Shown piece after piece: positions 9,027 to 21,500 of a stretch of 64,000 nt of DNA. The notes under the pieces are model-generated. The model saw only the letters and a program-made list of their open reading frames with translations, searched no databases and was not told the DNA's origin. The DNA is from an uncultured delta proteobacterium (GTDB taxonomy: Bacteria > Desulfobacterota > Binatia > UTPRO1). The stretch spans positions 3,681,684-3,745,683 of the forward strand of contig CAVXIU010000006.1 in NCBI GenBank assembly GCA_963761995.1. The letters run 5' to 3'. Position 1 is the stretch's first letter. Every line of letters begins with the position of its first letter. The position numbers and the translations under genes were made by a program.

Positions 9027-10329
9027 GGGCACTCGGCGCCCCCATCATCACCCGACCGAGATACGGCATGAGGAGCGCCGCGATGTCGACCTCCGAGCCG
9101 AGCTGCTTGCTGACCCCCGACAAGAGGCCGATGACGCGGCCGATCAAGAGGATGTCGCCGGGAAGCTCGACGACGGGATTGGCGCGCATGATGCGCGGCA
9201 TCTCGGCGTTGAAGAGCTTCACCATCTCGGGGGTGCCGTGCGAGAGCTTGTTGCGGAGCGCGTAACCGAGAAAGGCCTCCCCGAGCCACCACAGGCTCTC
9301 GTCGGAGTCGTCGCGGGTCTTGAACCCGAGGGCGCGGAAGGCGGCGGCGACCTGGGCGTGATCGCCGCCGACGATGGCGGCGGCGACGCGGCCGATGCCG
9401 TCGGCGAAACCGGGCGGCAGGTCCTTGGCGAGTCCGAAGTCGAGCAGCACCATGCGGCCGTCGGGCCGCACGAGGATGTTTCCGGGGTGCGGGTCGGCGT
9501 GGAAGAAGCCGTGGATCAGGATCTGATCGCAAAAGAGCTCGCCGAGCCGGCGCGCCAGGTCCTTGGGATCCACGCCGATGCGGCGGAGACCCTCGACGTC
9601 GGTAATGCGGACACCCGGCTCGTAGGCCATGACGAGCAGACGCTTGGTCGAGAGCTCGGCGAAGACCGCGGGCACGATCACGTCGGTGCGCGCGGCGAGC
9701 GCCTGGCGCATGCGGTCGGCGTTCCGGCCCTCGTTCTCGAAGTCGAGCTCGCGCGGCACGTACTTCTCGACCTCGTCGATGATGATGCGGAAGTCGAACT
9801 CGGGCTCGAGACGCGCCAGCACGCGCACCAGGAAGGCGAAGTTCCGGAGGTCGATCGCGACCAGGCGCGCGATCTCGGGGTACTGCACCTTGATCGCGAC
9901 CTCGCGCCCGTCGGGGAGGCGGCCCCGGTGCACCTGCGCCAGCGACGCGGCGGCGAGCGGCACGGGATCGATCTCGGCGAAGACCTCGCGCCACGGCCGG
10001 GCGAGCTCGCGCTCGATCGCCGCCGCGATCGCGTGGAACGGACGCGGCGGCACGCGGTCCTGGAGCTGCGACAGCACGGTCACGTAGGCGTCGGGAAGGA
10101 TGTCGGCGCGCGAGCCGAGGAACTGACACACCTTGATCGGCAGCCCCTCCAAGCGCACCGCCATGCGATAGACGGCCTCGGCCGAGCGGCGGTCGTGACG
10201 CGCGTAGCGGGCGGCGGCGTCCGAGCGGCCGAGACGCTTGGTGAGCTGGATCAGCTTGTAACCGCCGTAGACCCGCGCCACGACGGCGGCGACGATCAGG
10301 AAGCGACGGCTGGGGGAGCGCGGCGGCAT
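9004..10329 (-). CDS. ubiB: ABC1/UbiB family kinase.
   Basis: N-terminal TM helix, ABC1 kinase motifs (AIKVQYPE, HADPHPGN, LLDFGL). Start at MPPRSPSRRF. Confidence 0.85.
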   Translation of the reverse strand: MPPRSPSRRFLIVAAVVARVYGGYKLIQLTKRLGRSDAAARYARHDRRSAEAVYRMAVRLEGLPIKVCQFLGSRADILPDAYVTVLSQLQDRVPPRPFHAIAAAIERELARPWREVFAEIDPVPLAAASLAQVHRGRLPDGREVAIKVQYPEIARLVAIDLRNFAFLVRVLARLEPEFDFRIIIDEVEKYVPRELDFENEGRNADRMRQALAARTDVIVPAVFAELSTKRLLVMAYEPGVRITDVEGLRRIGVDPKDLARRLGELFCDQILIHGFFHADPHPGNILVRPDGRMVLLDFGLAKDLPPGFADGIGRVAAAIVGGDHAQVAAAFRALGFKTRDDSDESLWWLGEAFLGYALRNKLSHGTPEMVKLFNAEMPRIMRANPVVELPGDILLIGRVIGLLSGVSKQLGSEVDIAALLMPYLGRVMMGAPSAPTPPPPE

Positions 10330-10330
10330 G

Positions 10331-10498
10331 CTAGTGTCCCGTCCCGGAACATCGCCGCATGATTCTACGGGTCTTTTCAGCCCTGCCCGCGTTGCTCCTC
10401 CTCGAAATATTCGCTGAATATTCCTTCGTCGTCGCGCCTCGGCAGGGCTGAAAATCCCTCGCAGCCTCATGCGGCGATTTTCCGAAACGGGACACTAG
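10331..10498. repeat. Nested imperfect palindrome (~168 bp) between the ABC permease stop and the ubiB start, with a relatively AT-rich centre.
   Basis: The outer 32-bp arms are ctagtgtcccgtcccggaacatcgccgcatga and tcatgcggcgattttccgaaacgggacactag. The inner arms are ttttcagccctgcccg and cggcagggctgaaaa. The central palindrome is gaaatattcgctgaatattcc. Confidence 0.6.
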
Positions 10499-11286
10499 GC
10501 GATCAGCCTGCGCTCCACCCAGCGGACCGCGAGCCCGTAGGTCGCCGCCAGCACGAGCAGCAGGACGGCGACGTGCGCGAGGCTGGCGACGCCGACGGTG
10601 CCGGTGACGCAGGCCCGGCTGAGCGCGACCGCGTGGGTGAGCGGCAGGCACCAGGCGGCCGCCTGCGCCCACGCCGGCAGGCTCGCGAGCGGGAAGAAGA
10701 TGCCGGAGAGGAAGTACATCACCGAGATGACGAGGGTGAAGTAGTAGGTGAAGAAGTCGTAGGCGCGGGCGCGCGACGCCACCGCGAGGCCCATGCTGGC
10801 GAAGACGAGACCGATCAGGAGGGCGACCGCGGGGAGCAGCACCGCCCACCCGCTCCGCACCAGGCCGGCGCCGGTCGCGACCAGCAGCACGGCGGTGCCG
10901 GAGAGCGTCGCCTTGGAGGCCGCCCAGAGCGCGTCGCCGGCGACGATCTCGCGGATGCCGAGGGGCGTCGCCAGGATCGCGTCGTAGGTCTTCTGCTCGG
11001 TCATGCGGGTGAACGAGCCGAAGGTGGCCTCGAAGCTCGCCGCGTTCATCGCCGCCGAGGCGAGGATCCCGGGCGCCAGGAACTGCGCGTACGTCCCGCC
11101 CGCGCCGCTCGGGTCGATGTCGACGAAGCGGCCGAGCCCGTAGCCGATGGCGAGCAGCGACAGGATGGGCTCGCCGAGCGCGCCGACGAGCGACGCTTTG
11201 TAGTACTTCCGCCAGCTCTCCATGTCGCGGCGCCAGACGCGGAGCGCGCCGCCGACGAAACCGATGGGAACGGTGACCGTGCTCAC
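10495..11286 (-). CDS. ABC-2 type transporter permease.
   Basis: Six TM helices. Its GTG start overlaps the ATPase stop as GTGA. The start could instead be at 11223. Confidence 0.8.
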   Translation of the reverse strand: MSTVTVPIGFVGGALRVWRRDMESWRKYYKASLVGALGEPILSLLAIGYGLGRFVDIDPSGAGGTYAQFLAPGILASAAMNAASFEATFGSFTRMTEQKTYDAILATPLGIREIVAGDALWAASKATLSGTAVLLVATGAGLVRSGWAVLLPAVALLIGLVFASMGLAVASRARAYDFFTYYFTLVISVMYFLSGIFFPLASLPAWAQAAAWCLPLTHAVALSRACVTGTVGVASLAHVAVLLLVLAATYGLAVRWVERRLIA

Positions 11287-12230
11287 TCCCGCAGCTCCCG
11301 CCCCGTGAGCGTGAGGAAGACGTCCTCGAGCGTGGCGCGGCGGTGCACCAGCTGCTCGCCCGCGAGCGCCGCCAGCGCGTCGCGCGGCTCGGTGCGGCCG
11401 TTCAGGTAGAGGATGACGTGGTCGCCCACGCGCTCGACCCGGCCCCCGAGGCTCCGACAGGTGGCCGCGATCCGCGCCTCGGCCACGGGATCGCCGGCGG
11501 TCGCGACCTCGATGACGTCGTGGCCGACGTGCTCGGCGATCAAGGCGGCGGGCGTGCCCTCGGCGATGATCCGCCCGTGGTCCATGACGATCAGGCGATC
11601 GCAGAGCTGCGCCGCCTCCTCCATGTAGTGGGTGGTGAGCAGCATCGCGACGCCGCTGCGCTTGAGCTCGCGGAGGCGCTCCCACACCAGGTGTCGCGCC
11701 TGGGGATCGAGGCCGGTGGTCGGCTCGTCGAGGACCAGCAGGCTCGGGCGATTGAGGAGCGCGCGAGCGAGGACGAGGCGGCGCTTCATCCCGCCGGAGA
11801 GCGTGTCGATGCGCGAGCCGGCCCGATCGCCGAGCTCCGCGAACGCCAGCAGCTCGGCGGCGCGGGCGCGGGCGTCGGACCGTGCGAGGCCGAAGTAGCT
11901 GGCGTAGACGAGGAGGTTCATCTCGACCGTGAGATCGGGATCGAGGTTCTCCTCTTGGGGCGCGATCCCGAGCCGGGCCTTGATGGCGCGCGCATTGCCG
12001 GGGGTCACGGGCATGCCGAAGACGGCGAGGCTGCCGGCGGTCGGCGGCGAGAAGCAGGTGAGCATGCGGATGGTGGTGGTCTTGCCGGCCCCGTTCGGAC
12101 CGAGGAGACCGAAGCACTCGCGCGGGCGCACGACGAAGTCCACACCGCAAACGACCTCGTGCTTGTCGTAGCGTTTGCGTAGCCCGACGGCCTCGACGAT
12201 CGGCGCCTCCACCCCGACCTGACGTACCAT
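11283..12230 (-). CDS. ABC transporter ATP-binding protein.
   Basis: Walker A (GPNGAGKTT), ABC signature (LSGGMKRR), Walker B (LLVLDEPTTGLD) and the H-loop are all present. Confidence 0.9.
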   Translation of the reverse strand: MVRQVGVEAPIVEAVGLRKRYDKHEVVCGVDFVVRPRECFGLLGPNGAGKTTTIRMLTCFSPPTAGSLAVFGMPVTPGNARAIKARLGIAPQEENLDPDLTVEMNLLVYASYFGLARSDARARAAELLAFAELGDRAGSRIDTLSGGMKRRLVLARALLNRPSLLVLDEPTTGLDPQARHLVWERLRELKRSGVAMLLTTHYMEEAAQLCDRLIVMDHGRIIAEGTPAALIAEHVGHDVIEVATAGDPVAEARIAATCRSLGGRVERVGDHVILYLNGRTEPRDALAALAGEQLVHRRATLEDVFLTLTGRELRE

Positions 12231-12305
12231 AGAGGTTGACGCGGCACACCTCGGCGCAGAGCCGGGCGTGCTCAACTCCTTCCAAGGGGATGCCGTAAAT
12301 GCTCC

Positions 12306-12959
12306 ATGATGTCGGCCCCCGACCGGTCGACGCGCCTCGCGCGCGCCGCCCTCGCGATCCCATTGCTGTACGCGCTCGGCGGCGAAGCGGCGCTCGCGGG
12401 CGGAACGGCGATCGTCGAGACCTCGCGGCGCCCCGACGTCGCCGTCGTCACCTATCGCGAGGTGCAGGGCGAGATCGGCGACGCCGATCGCGGACCGGTG
12501 CTGCAGATCTTCGGCGACGGCCGGATGGTGACGCACTACCCGCGCTACATGACGCGCGCCGGCGACTGGGAGCAGCGGCTCGCGCCGGGCGAGCTCGACG
12601 GGCTGGTGCGCTCGCTCGCCGCCAAGGGCGTGCTCGAGTTCGACGCCGCCGCGGCACGCGGCGCCAAGCGCGCCGCCCTGACCGCGGCGCGCCAGCGCGC
12701 GCAGGCCGGCGCAGGGCCGGTCGTGGTGTTCGAGGCCACCGACGCCGCCACCACCGTGATCGAGGTCGCCGCCCTGCGCTACCAGGCGGCGAGCCCGGGG
12801 GCGCGCGCGGCGCTCGACGTCACCCGCCGCGCCGTCTGGACCGGGCTCCGCCACGACGCCGAGCATCACCCCGACGTCACGGCGCTCCGCGACCTCGCGG
12901 CCGCCGAGCAGGAGCTGCGCGCGCTGCGCGAGCGCCCGGGCTTCACCCGGGTGCGCTGA
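12306..12959 (+). CDS. Hypothetical secreted protein.
   Basis: N-terminal signal peptide, 217 aa. Its stop overlaps the next ATG (TGATG). Confidence 0.5.
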   Translation: MMSAPDRSTRLARAALAIPLLYALGGEAALAGGTAIVETSRRPDVAVVTYREVQGEIGDADRGPVLQIFGDGRMVTHYPRYMTRAGDWEQRLAPGELDGLVRSLAAKGVLEFDAAAARGAKRAALTAARQRAQAGAGPVVVFEATDAATTVIEVAALRYQAASPGARAALDVTRRAVWTGLRHDAEHHPDVTALRDLAAAEQELRALRERPGFTRVR

Positions 12960-15562
12960 TGGCGCCGGTCCGCCGCCGGCACTCGGCCCGCCGGCGCGCG
13001 CTCGCCGTCGCGCTGGCGGCCGCGCTCGTGATGGCGAGCGTGCCCCGCGCGGCACGCGCCGGCTCCTTCATCTTCGCCGGCGAGGCCAACGGCGTGAACG
13101 TGGTCGCACACCCCACCGGCTACACCGGGAGCGGCGGGACCGTGAGCGTGACCGTCTGCATCGACCCGACCTCGGCCAACGCCGCGTCCATGGAGCAGTC
13201 GGTGCGGAACGTCGTCACGACCTGGAACGCGCTCTCGGCGACGAGTCCCAACCTGCTCTTCGAGGACGACAACAACATCGGCTCGGCCCAGATCGATTTC
13301 GAGTCGACGGCGCTCCACGAGGTCGGCCATTGTCTCGGCCTCGGACACCCCAACATCTCGACCGAATCCCTGCTCTCGGGCAGCGACCTCAATTACACCA
13401 AGTCGACCGACGGCGCCGACAACGTCTACAACCGCAACGCGGGGGCCGACGGCATCATCGGCTCGAGCGACGACGGCCGCGGCGACGACGCGAACCTGCA
13501 CTGGTTCCGGAGGTCCAACGACGACCCCTTCACCCTCGCCGCCACGGTCGACGGCAGCACCTACAGCCGCACCGTCGGCGATCTCCCCGCGGGGCACACC
13601 TTCCCCGCCAACGCCGACCGCACCGTCGCGGCGCTCCTCGGCTACGACGACACCGAGGCGGTGATGCAGCAGGGCGCCTTCGGCGACGAGGACCAGCGCC
13701 ACGTCGCCGCCGACGACGTCGCGACGCTGCGCCTCGGCATGAGCGGCCTCGACATGACGGCGGGCACGGCCGACGACTACACGATCGCGCTCAGCTACGC
13801 CGGGCTCACCACCAGCTGCAACATCGTGCTCGATTTCGACAACGCCCAGACCGGCTTCGCGCAGTGCAGCGCCAACGGCGTCTTCCTGAACGGCACCCAC
13901 ATCGCGATCACGACCGCCAACGTGTACTTCAACGCCGGGTACAACTGGTTCTTCAACAGCGTGGTCGCGCCGTCGCCGACCCCGACGCTGTCGCCGACCC
14001 CGACCCGCACCACCACGCCGACCCCGACCACGACCGCCACCCGCACGGCGACGCCGACCCCGACCCGCACCACGACCCCGACGCCGACACGGACGGCGAC
14101 GCCGACGCGGACCGCGACGCCGACCAGGACCGCCACCCCAACCGCGAGCGCCACGCCCACGCGCACCGCGACCCCGACCGCGACCCCGACGGCGACCGTC
14201 ACCGCGACCGCCACGCGCACGGCGACGCCCACCGTCACGGCGACCGTGACGGCCACACCGACCGCGACCGAGACCGCCTCGCCGACGTCGACCCCGAGCC
14301 CGACGCTCACCACCACGCCGACCCCGACCGAGACCGCGAGCCCGACCCCGACCCTGAGCGCGACGCCGACCGAAAGCCCGAGCCCCACCACGACGCCGAC
14401 GCCGACGGCGACGACCACCACGACGCCGACCCCGACGCTCACCGCCACTCCGACCGCGACCGAGACACCGACGCCGACGCTCACGGCGACCGCGACCCCG
14501 ACCCCGAGCGCGACGCCGAGCCCGACCCCGAGCCCGACGCCGACCGCGACGCCGTCGGCAAGCCCGACGCTGACCCCGACGCCGCACGCCACCTGCACGC
14601 CCGCGCCGACGCCGGCGGCGGAGTCGCCCGTCACGAGCGGCGCCGCCAAGTGCAAGCGCGGGATCGCGAAGCAGGCGTCGAAATTCCTGGCGCTCGAGAC
14701 CAAGGCGCTCGAACGGTGCGACCAGGCGACCGTCAAGCAGGGCGGCGCCGGTCCCTGCCCCGACGCCGCCGCGACGGCGAAGATCGCGCTCGCCGCGAGC
14801 AAGCTCGCGACCGCCGTCGGCAAGGTGTGCGGCGGCGCCGACAAGCAATGCGGCGGCAACCTCGCCGGCGAGGAGTCGCCCGCGGGCCTCGGCTGGCCCG
14901 GCGTCTGCCCGAGCTTCGGCGGGTCCACCGATCCCGCGTGCACGGCCGCGATCGGCGATTGCGCCGACATCGCCGCCTGCATCGCCTGCGTCGGCGGCGC
15001 CGCCGTCGAGGGGGCGCGCGCCCTCGCCTACGACGATCTGGTCCCGAGCGTCGCCGCGCCCGCGCTCAACAAGTGTCAGCGCGCGATCGGCAAGGCCACC
15101 GCCCGCTTCGCGCTCGCCAAGGAGCAGCGCCTGCGCTCGTGCTGGGACGCGCGCGCCGCCGGCAAGCACGGCGAGCGCTGTCCCGATGCCGCCGCGGCGG
15201 CCGGTAGCCCGGCACAGAAGGCCGCGCTCGCGATCGCCAAGGCCGACGCCAAGCGGGTCGTCACCATCTGCAAGGCCTGCGGCGGCGCCGACAAGGCCTG
15301 CGACGACACGGTCGTGAGCCCCGGCGCGGTCACCGTCGCCGGCAGCGGCGGCAGCGACGACCTGACGCCCGCCGCGATCGGCTTCCCCGCGACCTGCCCC
15401 GCCGTGCAGCTGCCCGAGGGCGGCGCGTCCTGCGACCGTCCGATCGCGACGCTCGCCGACCTGATCGAGTGCACCGCCTGCATCGCCGACCACGAGGTGC
15501 TCTGCGTCGATCGCCTGCGGGTGCCGCAATTCACGGCTTACCCCTGCGAGTGCCGCGGTTAG
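12959..15562 (+). CDS. Secreted metzincin zinc metalloprotease with a ~210-aa Pro/Thr linker and a duplicated Cys-rich C-terminal domain.
   Basis: Signal peptide, then [11 protein letters not shown] (HExxHxxGxxH), then the PT-rich region, then two copies of a CKRGIAKQ.../CQRAIGKA... cysteine-rich module. 867 aa. Confidence 0.8.
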   Translation: MAPVRRRHSARRRALAVALAAALVMASVPRAARAGSFIFAGEANGVNVVAHPTGYTGSGGTVSVTVCIDPTSANAASMEQSVRNVVTTWNALSATSPNLLFEDDNNIGSAQIDFESTALHEVGHCLGLGHPNISTESLLSGSDLNYTKSTDGADNVYNRNAGADGIIGSSDDGRGDDANLHWFRRSNDDPFTLAATVDGSTYSRTVGDLPAGHTFPANADRTVAALLGYDDTEAVMQQGAFGDEDQRHVAADDVATLRLGMSGLDMTAGTADDYTIALSYAGLTTSCNIVLDFDNAQTGFAQCSANGVFLNGTHIAITTANVYFNAGYNWFFNSVVAPSPTPTLSPTPTRTTTPTPTTTATRTATPTPTRTTTPTPTRTATPTRTATPTRTATPTASATPTRTATPTATPTATVTATATRTATPTVTATVTATPTATETASPTSTPSPTLTTTPTPTETASPTPTLSATPTESPSPTTTPTPTATTTTTPTPTLTATPTATETPTPTLTATATPTPSATPSPTPSPTPTATPSASPTLTPTPHATCTPAPTPAAESPVTSGAAKCKRGIAKQASKFLALETKALERCDQATVKQGGAGPCPDAAATAKIALAASKLATAVGKVCGGADKQCGGNLAGEESPAGLGWPGVCPSFGGSTDPACTAAIGDCADIAACIACVGGAAVEGARALAYDDLVPSVAAPALNKCQRAIGKATARFALAKEQRLRSCWDARAAGKHGERCPDAAAAAGSPAQKAALAIAKADAKRVVTICKACGGADKACDDTVVSPGAVTVAGSGGSDDLTPAAIGFPATCPAVQLPEGGASCDRPIATLADLIECTACIADHEVLCVDRLRVPQFTAYPCECRG
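13960..14610 (+). repeat. Low-complexity coding repeat (TPTPTxTAT)n encoding the Pro/Thr linker of the metalloprotease.
   Basis: Visible ~9-18-bp periodic ccgac[cg]ccgac units. It also produces spurious antisense ORFs. Confidence 0.7.
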
Positions 15563-18500
15563 GAACCGCCCCCAGCCCCCAGTCCGGCGAAACGCGCGCG
15601 TGCGGCGTCGAGGTCCTCGAGCTCGAAGAGCTCGACGCCGGCGAGTCGGCCGCCCTCGGGAAACCAGATGAGGGTGACGAACACCGACTCGAACTCCCCC
15701 CCTTCGGGCAGCATGCCGACGGTGTGGGCGACGCAGAGATGCCCATGCGGCTCGATCGCGAGGTAATAGAGCGGCATGCCCACCGACGCATCGCGCGACA
15801 GGTCGTACAGTGCCCGCAGCGCCGCGAGATACGCGTCGGCTCCCTCGATGCGACCGAGGCCGGTCCGGCGGTGATCGTCGAAGACGAAGTCGGCACGCAT
15901 GCCCGCCCGCATGCGCTCGTGGTCGCGATCGCGAAACGCTCGGGCGGTGTCCGCGACCAGCGGCGGGAAGGCGCTGCGCGCCGAGCGCTCGAAGAGCTCC
16001 GCATCGGCGGCGCGGCGGTCGTGGGGATCGAAGATGACGTTGCCGATGAAACGACCCTCCCCGTCCACCTCGTTGATCTCGAGACACTCGACCTCGGAGG
16101 TCTGGCCTCCATTCCCCGCGACCCAGACCATGCGCTGCAGCGACAATCGATCGCCGGCGGTGGCAAGCACGGTACGCACCGGGCGCACGCCGGACTCCCA
16201 GATGTGGCGGTCGTTCGCGATCGACATCTCGCGGTCGACCGCCATGTGCATCAACTGGCGACGATCCTCTGCCGTACACCCCGGCGCGTACAGCGCCCCC
16301 ACGGCCTCCCAGTCCCCCGCCTTCGCAACCTCGTACCAGCGATCGAACGCGCGCGTCGCCGCGTTCGGCGGGATGCGGAGCGGGTCCGGGCGGAGCTCGG
16401 CGAGGCGCGCCAGGGCGCTGTCGACGTCCTCGAGCTCGAACATCTCGAGGCGCGTCATGCGACCGCCCGTCGCCGTGCAGAGACAGAGAAGGTCGCGCTC
16501 GGCGGAGCGCCGGAGCGTGAGCAGGACGCCATGGCGCTCGATCATGGGCCAGAACCAGCCGAGCTCGAGGCGATGGTCCGGTGAGCGCCCCCAGAGGGCC
16601 GTGATGCCGTCGATGCAGGCTGCGGCGCCCTCGATCCGAGCGATGCCCGTCCGGCCGTGATCCTCGACGACGACGTCGTCGCTGACGAGGGCCCGCAGGC
16701 CGGCCCGATCGTGCGCGTTGAAGCCGTCCGCGATCGTCCCGACCATCGCCGTCCACGGCGCCGCCACGGGATCGATGGCGCTCCACCGCGCCCACGCCTC
16801 GCGTTGCGCGGCGCGGGTGTCCTCCGGATCGAAGACGATCACGGCCGTGGCGCGCTCGCTCTCGTCGACCTCGATCACCGCGAGGAACTCGATCTCGAAG
16901 CGGCCGTCGGCCGGCCCGCCCGACCAGAGTACGCGCTGGACGAGCACGCGCTCGCCCGCCGTCCCCATCACACGGCGCTCGACGCGGGCGCCGGCCTCCG
17001 CCCGCTCGCGCATCGACGAGAGCGCCAGGTCGAGCCCGCCGGCGAGCTGGAAGAAGCGCCGCCGATCCTCCCACTTCACGTCGGGTGCGTAGCCCGCGCG
17101 CAGCGCGTCCCAATCACGGGCGTTGAACGCCGCCTGCCAGCGCTCGGCGAAGGCGGTCGCCGCGGTGGGCGTCACCACGGTCGCAAGCGGATCGGATGCC
17201 GGCGCCGCGCCGAACGCCTCGGCGCGCGCGTCGAGCTCGTCGTAGGCGGCGCTCCGATCGTCGAGATCGAACACCACGAGCACCGTCCGCCGGCCGGCCG
17301 CGTCGACCTCGACGAGGTCCAACGCCTCGACCTCCATCGGGCCGCTGCCGCCGACCGTCGCGGTGAAGCGGACGCGGAAGAGCGCGAGACGCTCGCCGCG
17401 GGTCGCGAGCAGCTCGCCCTGCCATTGGCTCGCGGTATCGTCGAAGAGCATGCGCTCGTTGGCGAAGAAGGCGTCGCCCGCGACCTCGACCCGCATCAGG
17501 CGGCGGCGGTCGTCCATGCGGTGCGCGGGGTGATAGGTCGCGCGGACCCCGTCCCAATCGCGCGCTCGCCAGGCGCGCTCGAACTCGCGGAGCGCGCGCG
17601 ACGCCGCGTTGGCGAAGGGCTCCGGCAATGCGCTGCCGGTCAGGGCCTCGAGGCGGGCCAGGGCCTCGGCCTCGCGGTCGGCATCGAAGGCCTCGTAGTG
17701 GCTCACCCGACCGTCGTCACCGAAGACCCAGAGCGAGACATACGGCACCTCGAAGATTCCGCCGCCAGCGCGGTCCTTGCCCGACATGGTCGCCCGCCTG
17801 ACCAGGGCTCGCGCCTCGAGGCGCAGCACGTCGTCGGTCACCTCGACGACGTCGTCGGCGAGATCGAAGAGCGCGCGTGCGCCGCCGACCAGTGCATCGA
17901 CTCCGCGCCCCGCCCCCAATCCCAGGACGCGATGGTCGTTGAACTCGACCGCGGGCGCCAGCGCCGCCGCGAAGCCCGCGAGGCTCGGACGACGGGCGCC
18001 GATCCCCGCCACCGACCGGGCGACCGCCATCGCGCGAGGACGGTCGGACTCGTCGGGAAGCAGCTCGGCATGACGTGCGTACGAGCGAATGACGGCGTCC
18101 CCCAGGTGGTCGCCGGCGAAGATCTCGATGCGTCGCACGCAGCCGTCGCGATCGACCTCGAAGCCGACGATCTCCTCGCGCTCGTACTCCCCGACGTCGA
18201 AGCGGCCGCCGGCGGTCCCCGCGGCATGGATGCGGCGGCGCCAGAGCACGAGGGACTCCCCGAGCGTCGCCAGCGGCTCGACCCGCAGCGTCGCATCTTG
18301 CATGCGCCGCAGCCTCGCCAGCGACTGGAGCTGCCCCTCGCGCCCGTAGGAGGCGCCGTTCGGATGATCGACCACCTCCAAGGCGTCGCCGAAGAGCGCC
18401 GCGAGGGCGGCCGTATCGCCGGCGGCGAACGCGGCCTCGAAGCGGCAGAGCGTCGCGCTCGCGGCGTTCGGAGCCACCCCACGCCGCACCGGCCGCGGCG

Positions 18501-21500
18501 GCGCCGCCGTCAGCGCCTCGAAGCGGGCCAGCGCCTCGGCCTCGCGATCGCCGTCGAAGACCTCGTTGCAAATCAGGAGGCCGTCGCCGTCGAACGCCCG
18601 GAGCACGAGGCGCGGCACCTCGAAGGCTCCGCCGCCGGCGCGGTCGGTCCCCTCGCCCATTGCACGAACCAACAGCGCGCCGGGCTCGAGCCGGACGAGG
18701 TCGAGGACTCGCACGGCGGCATCGTCGGCGAGCGTCGTCAGCGCGACCGCGCGCGCCGTCGCCGCGGCTCGACGACGCGCCTGGCCGGCGGGGAGAAGCT
18801 CGGCGTAGAGCTCGTAGAGACGGGCGACGGCGGCGCCCGGATGGTCGGCCGCGAACAGCTCGACCCGCCGTAGCCGCCCGCTCGCGTCGACCTCGAGCAG
18901 CGTGAGGTGCTCGCGCTCGACGGCCCCGAAAGGCCCGAACGACTCGTCGCCGAAGGCCGTGAAGGAGCTGGTCTCGCGCTCCAGCAGCAGGGCGTCGCCG
19001 AGGGTCGCGAGGGGCTCGCTGCGGAACTGCAGGTCGCGCGCGCTCGCGATCTGACCGACGAGCGTCAGCACCTCGGCGCGCCCCCACGACGTGCCGGTCG
19101 GATGGTGCACGCTCACGTGGTCGTCGGCGAGCAGCTCGCCGAGGGCGTCGACGTCGGGGGTGACCCTCGCCGCCGCGAACCGCTCGGCGCTGGCAGTGGC
19201 CGCGTTCGGGCGGACGCGGCGTCGCGGCGGCGGCACCCGCGCGCTGGCGTCGCGGCCCGGTTCGCGCGGCGTGCTGCGGAGCGCCCGTTCGACGAGCAGC
19301 GTCGCGCCCTTGATCTCCCACAGCTCCGTCGCCCGCCGCTCCTCGGCATCGGCCTCGCCGCCGCGGCCCGCGGCACGGAGCGCCGCGGCGAGGGCGAGAC
19401 GCGCATCGGCGTGATCGAGAAGCGCATCGGTCGCGGCCGCGATCTCGACCGCCGTGCTCGCGAGCGCGACCGCGGCCGCGTGCTCGCCGCGCCGCGCCAG
19501 GGCCTCGGCGCGGACGCCGCGCCAGGCGATCGCGGCCTGGAGATCGTCGCCCGCGAGCGCCTCGCTCTCGTGGCTCTGCGCCTCGGCCTCGGGCACGCGG
19601 TCCAGCGCCAGCAGCGCCCGCGCCAGCAGCGCCCCGGCCCGTGCCGCGTCGATCCCGAGGCCGATGTCGCGGAGGCCTTCGTAGGCGCCGCGCAGGCTCC
19701 GCTCGGCGGCACGCGCGTCGCCCACCAACAGGTCGACGCGGCCGGCGAAGACCTCGATTTCGAGCAGGCGATGCGTGATGCCGATCTCCTCGACCATCGC
19801 ACGCGCCGACGCGATCATGTGGCGGGCGGCGTCGGTGCGACCGCGGAGCGCCTCGAGCACGCCCTGGCAGCTGAGCGCCACCGCCTCCACCACGGGCGCC
19901 CCCTGCGTGATCCTGAGCACCCGCACGACGTCGAGGCAGCGGCCGCTCGCGCGTGTCACCGGACTCGGTCCCCACAGCGCGGCGAGCGGCGCACCGGCGA
20001 GGACGGCGTTGGCGCGGCGCCGATCACCGGCGCGGCGAGCCGCGGCGAGGGCGCGGTCGAGTGCCGCCTCGGCGCCGCCGATCTGGCCGAGCCGCGCCAG
20101 CGCCTGCGCGTGCACCGCGTGCGCTTTGGCCTCGCCGGTGGCGTCGCCGAGCGCCGTCAGCGTCTCGGCGGCCGCGGCGACCGCGTCGACCGTGGCCGTG
20201 AGCCCCTCGGGAGCGGTGAGCGCGGTACGCTGGCCGGTGAAGCAGGCGTGCCACGCCCGCAGGCGCGCCGAGTCGGCGGTGAAGCGGGCGAGCTCGTCGA
20301 TGGCCGCGCCCGCCGGCCCGACCTCGCCGGCGGCGAGCAGGGCCTCGCACCAGTCGAGGGCGAGGCCGGCGCGGGTCGGGTCATTGGGCTCGACCCGCTC
20401 GATGGCGCGCCCGAGGAGTCCCGCGGCGAGGCGGACATCGTCGCGTGCGAGCGCCCGCCGTCCGGCGGCCGCGAGATGGCGCGCCGCCCGGGCGCCGAGC
20501 AGCCGCCCCTTGTCGTCGAGCGGCCCGAGCTCGCGGAGATGCTGGTGGGCCTGCTCGAAGTGCCAGCCGATGGTCTCGTCGTGCTCGACGGCCTCACCCA
20601 CACGCGCCGTCACCCAGTCGGCGACCCGCGCGTGCAGCTCGGCGCGCGTGCCCTTGAGGAGCCGGCGGTACGCCGCGTCGCGGATCAGGACGTGGTGGAA
20701 GCGCCAGGCCGGCTCGCCCAGGAACCGGCCGGCGTCGCGCTCGACGAGCTCGCCCCGCCGGAGCGCCTCGAGGCGGGCATCGAGATCGTCCGCCTCGTCT
20801 CCCAGCAGCTCGGCGACGGCGCTCCGCGAGAAATGCCGGCCCACGACCGCGGCTCGCTCCAGCACCGTCCGCTCCTCCGCGCGCAGGCGCTCGATGCGGG
20901 CGGCGAGGAGCGCGTGGATGGTGGGCGGCATCGCGAGCGCCGCGAGGCCGGCGCCGACGATCCAGCGCTCGCCTTCGCGCAGCAGCGCGCCCTCGTGGAC
21001 CAGCATGCGGACCAGCTCGCCGACGAAGAGCGGGTTGCCCTCGCTGGTCGCGAGCACCTTGGCGGCGACCGCCGCCGGCAAGTCCGCGGCGCCGATCACG
21101 CTGGCGGCGAGCCGCGTGGCCGCCCCGGCGTCGAGACCGCCGAGCGTCAGCACGTCGGCGACGAGGCCGCCTTGGGTCGTGAGCGCCGCGCGCGCGTCGC
21201 GGAGCTCCGGGCGGGCGCCGACGAGCACGAAGACCGGCACGCCGCCACCCCACTGCACGAGGTGCTCGACGAGATCGATGAGCAGCGGCTCGGCCCAATG
21301 CAGATCGTCGATCACCAGCACCACCGGCCGTACGGAGGCCAGCGCGGCGAGCAGGCGTCGCGCCACGGAGAAGGTCTCCTCCGGCGATCGCGGCGCCCCG
21401 GTGAGCAGCTCCGTCGTGCCGGCGACGATGCGCGCGCGGTCGGCTTCGGCGTGCGGGAGCGCCGCCTCGAGCGTGCTCCGCAAGACGTCGGCACCGGCGC

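Noticed and set aside
12866-17113. A 1,415-aa minus-strand ORF, and similar long ORFs: 1245-3884 (+), 1531-2790 (-), 25083-29108 (-), 8951-10129 (-), 9238-10362 (+), 13330-15207 (+) and 18907-21996 (+).
   Set aside because: They are Arg/Gly/Ala-rich antisense or off-frame readings of real genes in ~70% GC DNA. They overlap well-supported genes (cox, metzincin, cyclase, Cys-repeat protein) and lack domain signatures.
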